This document shows, one piece after another, positions 48,365 to 60,243 of a DNA stretch of 64,000 nucleotides. Within the stretch, counting starts at the first letter, position 1; each line of letters begins with the position of its first letter. Where the stretch lies: positions 1-64,000 of the forward strand of contig JAUCBJ010005969.1 of assembly GCA_032718475.1 (NCBI GenBank). The letters are read 5' to 3'. The notes under the pieces were generated by a model that saw only the letters and a list, made by a program, of their open reading frames with translations, was not told the DNA's origin and did no database searches. The position numbers were made by a program, and so were the translations under genes. Source of the DNA: Nemertoderma westbladi (lineage: Eukaryota > Animalia > Xenacoelomorpha).

Positions 48365-51300
48365 CTAAACTCTAAGCTGCCCCTCGATCTTCCATCGATT
48401 CTTCCATGAGGCACTGTCCCGCTGTCCCCCTGCGCGTCCTCTTATCTTTCCACCCACTTTCCTCGCCAATTCCAACTCATCTGGAATTGGCTCTCCCCCT
48501 TTCACCACCCCAAAATCGGGTCTCTCCACCGCCTTCTTAACTATGTCCTCTCTTGGCATCAAAATGCCATCTCTTTCTTTGTTGTCTCCCGCCGGCAGAA
48601 TGAATAGAAAGTGAAAGAACAGGCAGAACAGTAGTCCTATTCCTTTCCATCCTGCCTTCCTTCTCGACTTCCCCCTTGTCGGTATGCCTCCAAACCGGAC
48701 CTGTGTCTCTTCCGGACACTCCTCTGGACACTCCCCCGGAGTGTTGTCCTCCGGACACCTCGCCGTCCGCTCCGCTCCATCTCCATACCGATGCTTGCTG
48801 GGAAACCTACTCTCCTCTGCCCACTTTCTTACCGTCACCTCCCTATTTGGCTCTACTATCTCCTGTTTCTCCTCTTCGTCCACTGCGCCTGCGGTGCCTG
48901 GCATCATGCACCCATGGTAACATGTTGTTACTGATCGACCGCCCTCTCCTGATATCTTCACTGGCACTACCCCGAGTAGTACTTTTCTCTTCTCTTCTGT
49001 CGTGCTTGTAGCTGCTGTATCTCTACACTCTCCGGATCTGTGTCCTTCTACCACACATCGATGACATAGTCCGTTTGCGTCTGTGTAGGCTATACGATCT
49101 TGTTTGGGCAACGCTTGCCAGTGCTTACAACTCCTGGTCTTATGTGTTCCGTCCCGGTGTAATTGACATTCGAATCCTGGGTTATAGCGTTCCCTGTATA
49201 GTCCCTCACGTATCGCGCCTAGGTTTATATGTACCGATTTAGTGTTTTGGTTGTCTGTATTCGGCCTACTGGGTACATTGGGATTATGTTTATTTATGGT
49301 GTTATTTTCTTTCTGTCCCCGCCATGGTGTGGCCCTGCTACCAGCTAACTGTGGACTAGCAGTCCCCTGTGTGGCCGCATGTGGTAGTGATTGTCCTACT
49401 CTCGGGAGTGGATCTGCAGGATCGTGTTCGGGTTTATGGCTTGTCCCCAAACTATCCTCGCTATAGACTGGGTCTGTTATTAATTCGGCTTCATAGTTGA
49501 GGAAGCTCGACATTTCTTCTAGGCCCGGTTCCGCACCTTTCTTCTCACGTGTGGAGAAAGCGATTTTCCTCCACTTCCTTCGTAACCAGACCGGCAGTGC
49601 CTGCGCTATCGTGGTGATGTTGTTAGACGCGTTGAGTTCGTATGGTGCGTCTAGCGTCTTTAACACGATTAACGCCTTCTCGACCTTGTTTGCAAAGGTC
49701 CTTATGCTAACGGGATTGTCCTGTAGGCCATCCGATGTTATGCCTCTCAGGGTTTGCCGGATGATCTTGGCCGGGTGCCCGTATTCCCTATCTAGCGCCC
49801 GCCATGCTGTCGTGAAGCCGCCCTCGATGCCCTGGTATTGCCTCACGATGTCGTATGCTGGGCCTCCTGTATATACTTGCAGATATTTTAGGCACTCCGC
49901 CTGCGTCAAGTTCTTACTTAATATTTCGTTACTATACATGCGCCGAAACTGTAGATATTCTTCCGGCCTGCTCCCATCGAATTTAAATGGTTCCACAGGT
50001 GGTAACTCGATCCTAGTTTTTAACGCATCGATCAATGTGGCCATTCCCATCGCTTGCGCTTCTAATGGGTTTGATGGATGTTGTATAGTTTCTCCTGTTG
50101 GGTGCGGTCCGTCCGTCCTATTTGTTGACTTTTGCGTCGGATATATCATTGGGGGTAACGGCCCCCTCCATATTTCCGTGTCGCATGATCTGCTCTCGTC
50201 CAAGGGGTTCGATGTTCTCGCTCCTATTGGGGTATATTGTTGATATTGTGATGGGGGAATGTCACCCTGTCCCCCTCCCACCGGTATGTTTGGTACTGGG
50301 GTTGATGTTAATATATTGGGGCCCATACATCTATCTGCAATAATTCCCCCCTCCCCTGGATATATGTTATGTCCCTGTGTATTATAGTCATGCTGCTGTA
50401 CCGATATAGGCCTACCTACCTCTCGCCTACCTACCGGTATGTACTCCGCGACTTCCGGGTTTAATCCCGTTGTTCGCGCTACCCTATCGCCTACTCTATC
50501 TCTCCCAGCATGGCCTATAATAGTATGTGCAGTAAGGCCTACAGTATGTCCTGCAGTCTGCATGTGCCCTTCCGAACCGAAGTTTATTCTTCGCGAATCG
50601 CGAATCTCCCCGCGACTACCGTACTCTCGATCGGCAGCTATATCACGTCGGGAAGTTTCCCTTCGATCCCCTATCCTGCTCTCGTCTTCGTATCGGTACG
50701 TCCTGTACCCCTCTCCTGGTGTGCGGTGCGTTTCTCCGGGGCGACGGCAATCTCCCGAAGTTCGACCCCACTGACTCCCTAACTCCATCTCTACTAGCGA
50801 CGGCTCGCTATCCGTCCTCGCTCTCCGGTTGCTCCTAGCAACGACTCTTCTATTATCTTCCTTTCTTCTCTCTTCGACCTCTCGGTTAAACTCTGCTAAT
50901 CTTCTTCTATCTTCGACCTCTCTATTATACTCTACTAATCTTCACCTATCTTCGACCTCTCTATTAAACTCTACTAATCTTCTCTCTTCTAACTGGGCTC
51001 GACGTTCCGTCGCCCGCCCTCTCGCGACGTCAACCTGTCTCTCTCTGCTCGATCGCACGCCGCTGGGGATACTCGCAATCCCCCTATTACTCTCCGTCGC
51101 CGGGTGTTGCGGTTTACCTAATTCGGCCCGCGCATTATCCGCTGACGCCTGTGGGACACTCCCTGCCCCCCCTCTGTCGCTACTAATCCCTCGCGGTGGG
51201 GTGCCCGTAGCCCCCCCCCCACCCGCCACTTCTAACTTCGCTATCTCTTACTACACTTCTGCGTCCCTCTTGTCGGACACTCTCTACCCCCTTTCTCTCG

Positions 51301-53038
51301 CCACTAATCTTCTGTGGTGGGGCGCCCGTAGCCCCCCCCCCCACCCGCCACTTCTAACTTCAATATCTCTTACTTCGTCTCTACACCCCTCTCTAGTCGA
51401 CACACTGTCTCTACTGCGGCCGGGTCTATTCACCCCCGCCTCTCTCTCTACTACTGCGTGACCTACCAGGCCCACCTCGGGTTGGCTCAACCGCGCCACT
51501 TCCTGCCTACTAACTACGTGGCCTACCAGGCCGCCGTCGGGTTGGCGCAACCCTGCCACTTCCTGCCTACTAACTACGTGGCCTACCAGGCCGCCGTCGG
51601 GTTGGCGCAACCCTGCCACTTCCTGCCTACTAACTACGTGGCCTACCAGGCCGCCGTCGGGTTGGCGCAACCCCGCCACTTCCTGCCTACTAACTACTAC
51701 GTGGCCTACCAGGCCGCCGTCTGCCGGGCTATACACGTCTGACGCGTTCATATTAATAGCACCATTCCCAATATTATTTGTTAAATCAATTAAATTATTA
51801 GAATTTGAAACGGGATTATTATTTAAATTATTTAAGTTAGAATTATTATTATTTTCAAAATTTAAATTGCTATTCGAATTATTTGAATTATTTTGATTAT
51901 TCTGAATATTTGAATTAATATTATTATTTGAATTTAAACTTAAATTACTACTACCGGGTAAAATATTTCCTGTAATAAAGGGATTAGGGTTATTTACTAC
52001 GGTACTATTAATACAAACATTTCCTAACGTACTACTACTACCCCCCTCGCCCGTACGGTTGCTGTACGTACTGTAAGTGTACCGCACGCTCTGTTCTCTT
52101 GCCTCACGCTCTTCGCGTTCACTCTCTTGCTCCTTCCCTCTCCCCATTATCCGGTCTAATTCTTTCACCCTTAATTTATATGCCAGGCGTTCACTCTCTC
52201 GCACCCGTCTTTCTTTTGCGGAGGATGTAGCAGACTTATCGGTTGCGACGGACTTCCGCCGCCCCTCCGTCCTACTAACTTTCCCCCGTTTTCCGGGGTC
52301 CTCGCTGACCGACGAGACCGAATCCTCGGAGCTAACCTCGGATTCGCCCTCGTGCGGTCCCGCCCAACCCACTAACTTAACTTCCCTGGCATCGACTAAG
52401 TATGGCCCTATGTACACTACACCAGGCCCCATACCCCTACGTTCCCATAGCCCAAACAGTTCGAAGGCAACCCCTCTCGCTCTCTCCTCGGCCAGTTCTC
52501 CCTGCCCAGAACGCACTAGGTAATCAAAGTATCTGTTCGACTCACCTAGTCGTCTCCTCAACTTCACCTGGTCTATCTCAGCCCCTCCTCTAGCTTCCTT
52601 CAGTTGTTCCCGGGTCGCGGCGTAGGCTCGTCGAAGTCGATCAGAAACCCCGACATCCTCGTCGCCGACCTCTCCTCTCTCCCTCCGGGTTCGGCGTCGT
52701 ACCGTCGGCTCCACCGTTGCCGTTCCGGTGGGCCGTTCGTCGCCCTCGGTCTGTGGCTGACCGGCGACATCGGCATATCGACCGCCGCCCTGTGTCGACT
52801 CGTCTCTCTCCTCCCCCGTCTCGCTCTCTCCTCTACTCGACTCGCTCTCTCGCTGTAGACGACCCCCCACATCTTGGTTCGCCAGGTTGCTCGTTATCGA
52901 CGTGGCGTCAACCGGCGTCGACGTGGTCGGCGTAGCATCGACTGGCGTCGTGGGTTCGTATCGTCTCGCCGTGGCCTCGCGGATCGTTAGATCGTCGTCC
53001 GGGGTCCGCGGCGGTGTCGTTCCTTTCTCTCGACTCAT
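48365..53038 (-). pseudogene. Bel/Pao gag gene interrupted by in-frame stops and truncated at the start of the protease
   Basis: ORFs 51284-53038, 50942-51229 and 48365-50788 share one frame; stops at 51284, 51251, 51248, 50942. DUF1759-like PPVEPFKFDGS..LKYLQVYTGG..LDREYG; knuckles CQLHRDGTHKTRSC, CHRCVVEGHRSGEC; KVLLGVVPVKI ends before the catalytic DSG. Contains a 60-bp coding repeat x4 (about 51478-51720) and an Asn-rich island. Confidence 0.85.
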
Positions 53039-53167
53039 CTCGCCTTTGGTAGCTGGCAGCCACAGTCTGTCAGTTGGTTAGATCTAGTTCTATCACTGTC
53101 AGACTGTTAGGGCAGCTGCTAGGATTCTATCTCTGTCAGGGCAGCTGGGCGGATCTAGTTCTGTCAC

Positions 53168-53696
53168 TGTGACGGGATCTACGGATCCCGGTTTATCCGT
53201 TGGGTTTTCTATCCACGCGTCCCCGCCGTGTGTGAAAGGTAAAAGAGTTCTGATGTTGGGTAATATGTATAAAGGTATAATAGTCTGACAGTTGATATAG
53301 TATAGTATGACACAACAGGTAATATATAATGGCGGTAGCGGACGGTGACAGAAGTCCCCGTTCCACCCTACTGATCTGACTGAGTAAACTGAATGAATGA
53401 TTACAGGTTACTGGTTATATTGCACGGTGGCCTTATTGCTACTCAATCGATGCCTTTCCCCCCTCTGATTGGTTGATACCCCTGTTGGCACCCTTTGGAG
53501 TGTTTCCCTTCACTCCCTGTGTTCTCTCTCGGTTAGGGGTTTGGCCCCTGACCCTTATTGTGTGTGTCTCCTTTGGGGCCTATTGTCCCCGTTTACTGGG
53601 CTGACACGAGGTTGATTGGTAATCAACCTCGTGCTCCCAATATTGCTTTATGGCTCACTCTATGGGTTTGTGTTAGCGGGATTGGATAAGCTAACA
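53168..53696 (-). repeat. 5' LTR of element 2
   Basis: Direct repeat of 46361-46889. Confidence 0.95.
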
Positions 53697-53822
53697 TCTA
53701 TCTCCAAGTGAATGTTATAATTATAATATAATTTATTGAAATAAAAATCAATCCTAAAAATGTATATATATTTGCGACGATACACAAGTCACATTGTCAC
53801 AGCAAAGAACGTATTATGCCTT

Positions 53823-54010
53823 AGGCGCGTTCACACTACCGAGTCAAAGTCAAAGTCAAAATAAAATAAATATAGCTAGCTAGCAATAATAAATAATAAT
53901 ACATTATATAGGCCTAATATAATACATAATGGCGTTCTAGAAAAAAATTAATTTCTTGTTATTTTTTTTACTAATTTTTTTGACTTTGACTCGGTAGTGT
54001 GAACGCGACT
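53823..54010. mobile_element. PIF/Harbinger-like MITE
   Basis: About 30-bp TIR GGCGCGTTCACACTACCGAGTCAAAGTCAAA / TTTGACTTTGACTCGGTAGTGTGAACGCGAC; TTA at or next to both ends. Confidence 0.8.
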
Positions 54011-54211
54011 TTACAGTGATACACTTCAGTCATCAAAATTGATAACGGGAAGTTAGGAGGCGTTCATGATATAATGTTTATCATGTCAATTTTCCGAGTT
54101 TTCAATTCACGAGTTTCTGTTCACAAACTGTCGTAGTTTATTGTCGTACTCTTGTCTGTTTTTCTTTATTGTCGCAAAATGTTCAACAATTACTGTCATT
54201 TTCAATTGCAG

Positions 54212-54276
54212 TACCTATGGAAACTAAAGAGTCTCCCGTTGATGCACCTACAGAATCAACTCCAGTCAAGGAAATG
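54212..54276 (+). CDS. Short titin-like linker exon (PMETKESPVDAPTESTPVKEM)
   Basis: Acceptor ttcaattgcag|TA, donor ATG|gtaagt; bridges phase 1 to 0. Confidence 0.8.
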
Positions 54277-54403
54277 GTAAGTTTTCCGCATAATATATTA
54301 CATAGTTTTTAACGACGGCAACTTTAAACGAACATTGTGAGTTTATCAATAGGCTGATACATATTTAGCTTACATGTGTACATATTATGTGGCCGTTGCG
54401 TTA

Positions 54404-54671
54404 GAAGAGGGCGAATTCAGCGAGGCTCGTGAGGATCTCGCTGCTCTGGAGAAGGATTACGAGGAGGTTGGGGTTGATAGTGGTGGAGCCGAAGATGAGG
54501 AGGGAGATGAGGAATATTAGATGTCACTTTACAAACTCTATTCATTCAGCCGTCACTACTAGAAATATGCAACTCTTGGGTGTTTATATTAATTTTAATT
54601 CCTTTTATAATAATTTAATAGAATAAATGGTTATTTATTTTATAAGTTGGTTGGCAACAAAAAAAAAAAAA
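54404..54671 (+). pseudogene. TUBA: 5'-truncated processed alpha-tubulin pseudogene fragment
   Basis: Translates [38 protein letters not shown] (stop 54518-54520), then 3' UTR, AATAAA at 54622-54627 and A13 at 54659-54671. Confidence 0.93.
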
Positions 54672-54776
54672 TTTAACTTCCATATTCCGTTCAACATTTC
54701 TCTAATGTAAGTTATTTCTAAATTCTGGTTCCTTTTTGGTAATAATATATAGCATTCTTATAACTTTGTCTTACAG

Positions 54777-54918
54777 GAACCCGGGCCGCCAAAGTTTATA
54801 AAGAAACTCAAAGATATGGAGACCTGGAGAGACCAGACCGTAAAATTAGAGGCCGTTGTTACTGGAGGTCCTAAACCTGACTTCAATTGGTTTAAAGACG
54901 GCAGAAAAATATATCCAG
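54777..54918 (+). CDS. Titin-like exon (EPGPPKFIKKLKD...GGPKPDFNWFKDG)
   Basis: Acceptor tcttacag|GAA, donor G|gtactc; phase 0 to 1. Confidence 0.88.
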
Positions 54919-55262
54919 GTACTCTACAGCGTTTTAACATCGGTGATCACCATTTTTTGGAAGTCGTATTAGAAAATTTAATATAGTAGACACACTAAAG
55001 ATATCATTACATAATATGACAAAGTTCACAACCTCTTGTTAAGCACTTGAGATATAGCCTATCACACGTCGTGAAATAATATTTCATTTGAGGTCTTATC
55101 AAACATCAAATAGGACATTCAAATATTAAAGCTGGCATATTTTTACTCGTGCTGCAATCATGTAAAGTGCAACTTTACACGCCATAATAATCAATCAGTG
55201 ATTGAAAACCCTGATGTTACTTTAATGCTATATGAGACATGAGTTGTTTATTATGTTTTTAG

Positions 55263-55412
55263 GAAGAAATGCAGAAACTGGTAGTGACGACCAGGGCAAC
55301 GTTTGGTTAATTCTCCCATCTGTTAGTAAGAGGGAAGCTGGCAAATATATGTTGAAAGCAAAAAATAGACACGGTGAAGCTGAAAGCGAATGCGAAATAT
55401 CTCTTAATGAAT
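55263..55412 (+). CDS. Titin-like exon (RNAETGSDDQGNVWL...EAGKYMLKAKNRHGEAE)
   Basis: Acceptor gtttttag|GA, donor T|gtaagt; phase 1 to 1. Confidence 0.9.
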
Positions 55413-55752
55413 GTAAGTAGAACCAAAATATTTATAACCAAATAGAATAAGGGTATTTTTGTTGCTGATAGGCCTATTTATATAGGAATCAATCACCTAA
55501 ACCCGTGGTCCATGCAATTTCAGGCCATTTTTTTCAGAAATTCAGTAAAAAATTAGACCCTAAAGACTTAGGGTTGTGTTAGGGTCAACAACCTGCTAGT
55601 CACTGACTCATGTACCGGTAGGTGTGCAGCCTGTGGTACTGTATTTATTACAGAATATTGGTGCCATACAAATTTTTTTTAATTACGATTCAGTAGACCT
55701 TCTCCTTCCGTTTAAAGGAATTATTTGCAAACTTTATCTTTTACGATTTTAG

Positions 55753-55897
55753 CGCCGGCGAAGATCGTTGAGAAACCGGACGCGGTGGCAATCAAGAAGG
55801 GAGAAACGGCAACGATACGACTAATTATTAGCGGCCTACCGACGCCAACCGCCGAGTGGCAAAAGGACGGCAAAAAACTATCTGACATGCCGGATAA
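55753..55897 (+). CDS. Titin-like exon (PAKIVEKPD...SGLPTPTAEWQKDGK)
   Basis: Acceptor gattttag|CG, donor AA|gttagt; phase 1 to 2. Confidence 0.88.
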
Positions 55898-56923
55898 GTT
55901 AGTTTATTGCCTTTATTGACTTTTTAATATAGAAGATAAGAGTTAAAACTAGTTCTGATATGCTTCAACATTTTATTTATTTTATATTATATTAATATTA
56001 CTGTATAACACGTGTTAAAAACAATTACCATCACATTAAACTCAAATTCATAGTAAAATATAACAAAAGCACGTGGAGGGAACCACCCAGACAGTAGAGC
56101 ACTTACGGGGGCTACAATTATTGTGTCAAATAAATATATTATCGAAACAAATTATTATATTTTCATATTATTACCAAAACCCAGCACTACCCTGCAGGCA
56201 CTAGAGTTTAACAGGAACTGCCATCCTTCTGCACCTTCTTGTTCTATGGCAGCTCACGGGCGAGCAGTAACGTGGTTGTCAGGCATTGCCATTCATGAAA
56301 CGTTTGCTAAAAGGACACTGAAGTCATTGATAACTTAGATAAATAGGGAATTTACCATGGCTGACGCGAACTTGGAGGTGTTATGTTGCGGTGCCTGGCC
56401 GATGTATGTATGTATGTGTGTACGTATGTAGTAACACTGTAACATTAATATTTACAAAAAAGTGTTGGTATGCTAATAATTATTGTGAAGGTGGAAGCAC
56501 ACTTTACATAGCAACTATAATATTATATGATTCAGAGACAGGATTTACTAAATAAATAAATGAAATAGAAATACAATAAAATTAGATATTAAAAAAAATT
56601 AAAACTTGGAAAATTAAGAAATTAACATATAACAAGGTGAGGCCCCAGCTCATATTTTTACATTATATATTTTTGGTAGGGCCTTTAGGGCACAGTGCAT
56701 TATTTATTTATATGTAGTGTTTGTTTCGGTGCGGTTTGTTGTTTTTGCTGTTGTCCAATATGGTTTGTTGTGATAAGTCGCATAGCGGCTAGGGGCCAAA
56801 GCCCCGGACATTAAAGATTTACGTAACTTAACTTTTATATCCAACGAATTGTTAAGTAATTTTTGTGCCGATATGCGCTGCTAATGTAATGAAATAAATA
56901 ATGATGAATTTGCTTCTCATTAG

Positions 56924-57166
56924 GTATGCGATAGAAACCTTGGAGAATTCCACAACGGCAGTGATACGTTCAGCTGGGGTGGAGGACCAAGGTCGTTATC
57001 GGGTTACTGTTCGTAATCCCTCGGGGAGAGATAATTGTAACTTCACGGTGGCGGTGAAAGATGTCCCAGACGCCCCATCGCGACCAAAGGCCACCAGTGT
57101 TACACAATCGTCGGCTGTGTTGAGTTGGACGGCTCCTAGAAAGGATGGAGGAAGTGCAGTCACGCA
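56924..57166 (+). CDS. Titin-like exon: Ig C-half and FN3 N-half (DVPDAPSRP...LSWTAPRKDGGSAVT)
   Basis: Acceptor ctcattag|G, donor CA|gtgagt; phase 2 to 2. Confidence 0.92.
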
Positions 57167-57239
57167 GTGAGTTACAGTTTAGGCCTACTGTATATACTGT
57201 ATATACATTGGGTACAATGTTGTGGCAGAGGCTTTATCA

Positions 57240-57575
57240 GACTGTATGTATATCTGTCTGTCTGTCTGCTTGCCTGTCTGTCTGTCTGGCTGTCTATCTG
57301 TTTGGATGCCTGTCTGTATGTATTTATGTCTATCTGTCTGTCTGACTCTCTGTATGCATGTATTGTATGACTGTCTGATCATTGTATATCTGTATTTTTA
57401 TCTGTCGGATTGACTGTCTCTGACTGCTTGTCTGTCGTCTGTCGGTATATCTGTCTATCTATCTGTATGTTTATCTGTCTGGCAGTCTTGCTATCTGTCT
57501 GCCTGACTATCCCTCCTTCTGTCGGTATATCTGTCTGTCTATATGTTTGCCTATCTGTCTGTATGTCCGTATGTC
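57240..57575. repeat. Degenerate (TCTG/TCTA)n microsatellite
   Basis: Directly visible. Confidence 0.85.
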
Positions 57576-57607
57576 AACAAAAGTAAGGAAGCATACTGCT
57601 AACTAAT

Positions 57608-57882
57608 TTAGCAGTATTTTGTACTAGTTTTAACAGTACTTTGTACTAGTTTTAGCAGTACTTTGTACTAGTTTTAGCAGTACTTTGTACTAGTTTTAGC
57701 AGTACTTTGTACTAGTTTTAGCAGTACTTTGTACTAGTTTTAGCAGTACTTTGTACTAGTTTTAGCAGTACTTTGTACTACAGTAGTTTTAGCAGTACTT
57801 TGTACTAGTTTTAGCAGTACTTTGTACTAGTTTTAGCAGTACTTTGTACTAGTTTTAGCAGTACTTTGTACTAGTTTTAGCT
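57608..57882. repeat. 22-bp tandem repeat TTTTAGCAGTACTTTGTACTAG, about 12 copies
   Basis: Directly visible; internal AGTAC-TTT-GTACT palindrome. Confidence 0.95.
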
Positions 57883-57988
57883 ACTAATTTGAATTTTGAA
57901 GTAACTATTTTGTATGTCTGTGACTTTAACTATAATATGCATAATTTTAGTGCTAAATAGGATACCAAATATTATCGATATGTTTTAG

Positions 57989-58170
57989 ATACACGTTACA
58001 ACGCAAAGCAGCAGACGACGCTAACTGGTTTACTGTATCCAGTAACGTCACCGACGTACAGTGCAAGGTTGACGACTTGCAACCCAATACAACTTACAGT
58101 TTCAGAGTTTTAGCTGAGAACGAAGTCGGACTAAGTACACCGGGACTCGAAGTTTCAGCCAAAACTATAC
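57989..58170 (+). CDS. Titin-like exon, FN3 C-half (YTLQRK...W...LQPNTTYSFRVLAENEVGLS)
   Basis: Acceptor tgttttag|A, donor C|gtaagt; phase 2 to 1. Confidence 0.92.
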
Positions 58171-58227
58171 GTAAGTCTTAAACATTGTAATCAACTTATA
58201 CTAAGGCTGTAAAGGGTAACTAAGGTT

Positions 58228-58452
58228 GGGTGTAAACGCTACGCCGACAACCGACTGTCGACAACCACTGCCGACAACAGTAGAGTTAAAAATGTAACCT
58301 GAGTTCGTGACTCTCGTTTATTGTTTTGGTTAGAATAACTTCCACTGTAACCTGTACCTTTCCTTCAATTAATAAATGAGATTAATTAGCTTTAATAATG
58401 GTTGTCGGCGTTGGTTGTCGGTAGTCGGTTGTCGGCGTAGCGTTTTACACCC
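58228..58452. mobile_element. Mutator/MULE-like MITE
   Basis: About 50-bp TIRs GGGTGTAAACGCTACGCCGACAACCGACT... / ...AGTCGGTTGTCGGCGTAGCGTTTTACACCC; 9-bp TSD ACTAAGGTT / ACCAAGGTT (8/9). Confidence 0.82.
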
Positions 58453-58572
58453 ACCAAGGTTGTATTTAAGGTTCTTCATGGCCATATAATGATAGCCTAT
58501 AATGCTATAATCATTTCAGCGAGATACCCATGAAACTAAATAAAAATGAAACCAAAAATTGACATATTTCAG

Positions 58573-58721
58573 AGGCTACGAAAGTAGAAAGAAAATCTGT
58601 TGTGATGGAGAAACCGAAAGTAGTTGAACCGCTAGTGGACAAACAACATAAAGAAAACGAGACTGCAGTACTGCAGTGCGTTGTTACTGGGTTACCATTA
58701 CCAACTATAAGCTGGTTGAAG
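58573..58721 (+). CDS. Titin-like exon (ATKVERKSVVMEKPKVVEPL...LQCVVTGLPLPTISWLK)
   Basis: Acceptor atatttcag|AG, donor AAG|gttagt; phase 1 to 0. Confidence 0.87.
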
Positions 58722-59225
58722 GTTAGTAGTGCAGTTCATAAAAAAACCACGGAATGATAGCACTAAAAACGATATTTAGTAAAAGTGGTCGGAATATGAT
58801 CCGAAACCATTGATGGAGGTCACGGGGTAATAAAATATTTTAACAATACTTAATTATATTTATTATCATTATCATTTTACTGGTTTCTTGCTTATTAACA
58901 AATATACTAATATTTCTTCTTTAAACTTCTTTAAGTCTTTAAAAAACGGAAGTCAACATTGCATTAATCACCACATGCAATATATACATTCAAAATAAAG
59001 TAAAATAACTTAATTAATTTAAGTTAATAAGGCAAATTAGTTTATTGTTTTGATTAGATAAACTGTCACTTTAAACCTGCTCTTTTCTCCTAATAACCCC
59101 TAATTTATTAAAAACATGAATCCCGGAGTTTTACCCCCCCCCCCCCCCCCCCCCCCTCCCCCTATCCTTACTCCCGAATACCCGAATCGACTCTCATTAA
59201 TAGTACCTTGATCGTCGTGTTACAG

Positions 59226-59863
59226 GACGACGAACCAATCCACGGCGAATGGCGGTATAAGGATACAATGCAGGAGAAGGATGGGAACGTGGTCGCGGTA
59301 CTAACGCTAGTTAAACTCGTCCTAGACGATGAAGCTGAGTACACATGCGAGGCGATAAACGACGCGGGAAGGGTGACCTCGTGCTGTGAGGTGCTCGTAG
59401 ACGAGGGAGAGGGCGGCCCAAAGAAGAAGTTTATACAAGAGGAAGTCGACGTAATTCCCCCGGTGTTTACGGAGAAACTCGCGGATACTACGGTCGGATA
59501 CTCCTTGCCTACGCAACTGCGGTGCAAGGTTCTGGGCCAACCCAGACCTGGGATACAATGGTACCACAACGACCGCTTGCTGAAAACCTCCAAGTACAAC
59601 CCGCTGGACTTCGAAGGAGACGTTGTTACTTACACCATGATGGAGGCGTTCAGTGAGGATAACGGAGTCTACAAGTGCGTCGCTACTAACGACGCCGGTG
59701 AAGCTGAGTGCCAGGCCGAACTCATTGTCAGCGAGCTGGAAGATGAACCCGATGAAATGAAACCCGCGTTTGTCAGGAAACTTGTAGATGAGTCACTCAT
59801 TAATGGTGATAACGTTGAACTGCTGTGCAAAGTGAAAGCAAAGCCGCCTGCATCTGTCACCTG
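59226..59863 (+). CDS. Titin-like exon, about two Ig domains
   Basis: Acceptor gtttacag|GAC, donor TG|gtaagt; DEAEYTCEAINDAG, PPVFTEKL, DNGVYKCVATNDAG, KPAFVRKL. Confidence 0.93.
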
Positions 59864-60010
59864 GTAAGTTTCAGTAAAAACACAATCCATTAGTGAAATG
59901 GTCTAAATAGGCATAAACCGAAACCAAGTTTGTCTTAATAAACCACATTCTAATTTGTTCTTAATTTTAAAACTTTTTCATTTTAAATTAGTTTGTATTT
60001 TTAATCGCAG

Positions 60011-60189
60011 GACGAAAGACGGTAAGCCCATAGAATCCGGAGCGAAGTATAGCATAACAAGTGACGCCCAGGGTTGGAACTCCTTGAAAATTACAGGTGT
60101 CCATGAGGACGCCGATTCTGGAACGTACGCTTGTAAGGCTGCCAACAAGATAGGGAAGGCTGTTGTCGAAAGCAGAGTTCGTGTGAAAG
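60011..60189 (+). CDS. Titin-like exon (TKDGKPI...DSGTYACKAANKIG)
   Basis: Acceptor aatcgcag|G, donor G|gtaaga; phase 2 to 1. Confidence 0.92.
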
Positions 60190-60243
60190 GTAAGATGTTG
60201 TACTATATTCACCAACAATATGTAAAAAGCACATTATTTTAGC

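Larger units (their letters stand above)
46361..53696 (-). mobile_element. Bel/Pao-type LTR retrotransposon derivative (element 2), non-autonomous, 7.3 kb
   Basis: 529-bp TG...CA LTRs at 46361-46889 and 53168-53696 (one substitution seen). TSD TCTAT. PPT GGGGGGGAG on the minus strand. Bel/Pao Gag motifs. Confidence 0.95.
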
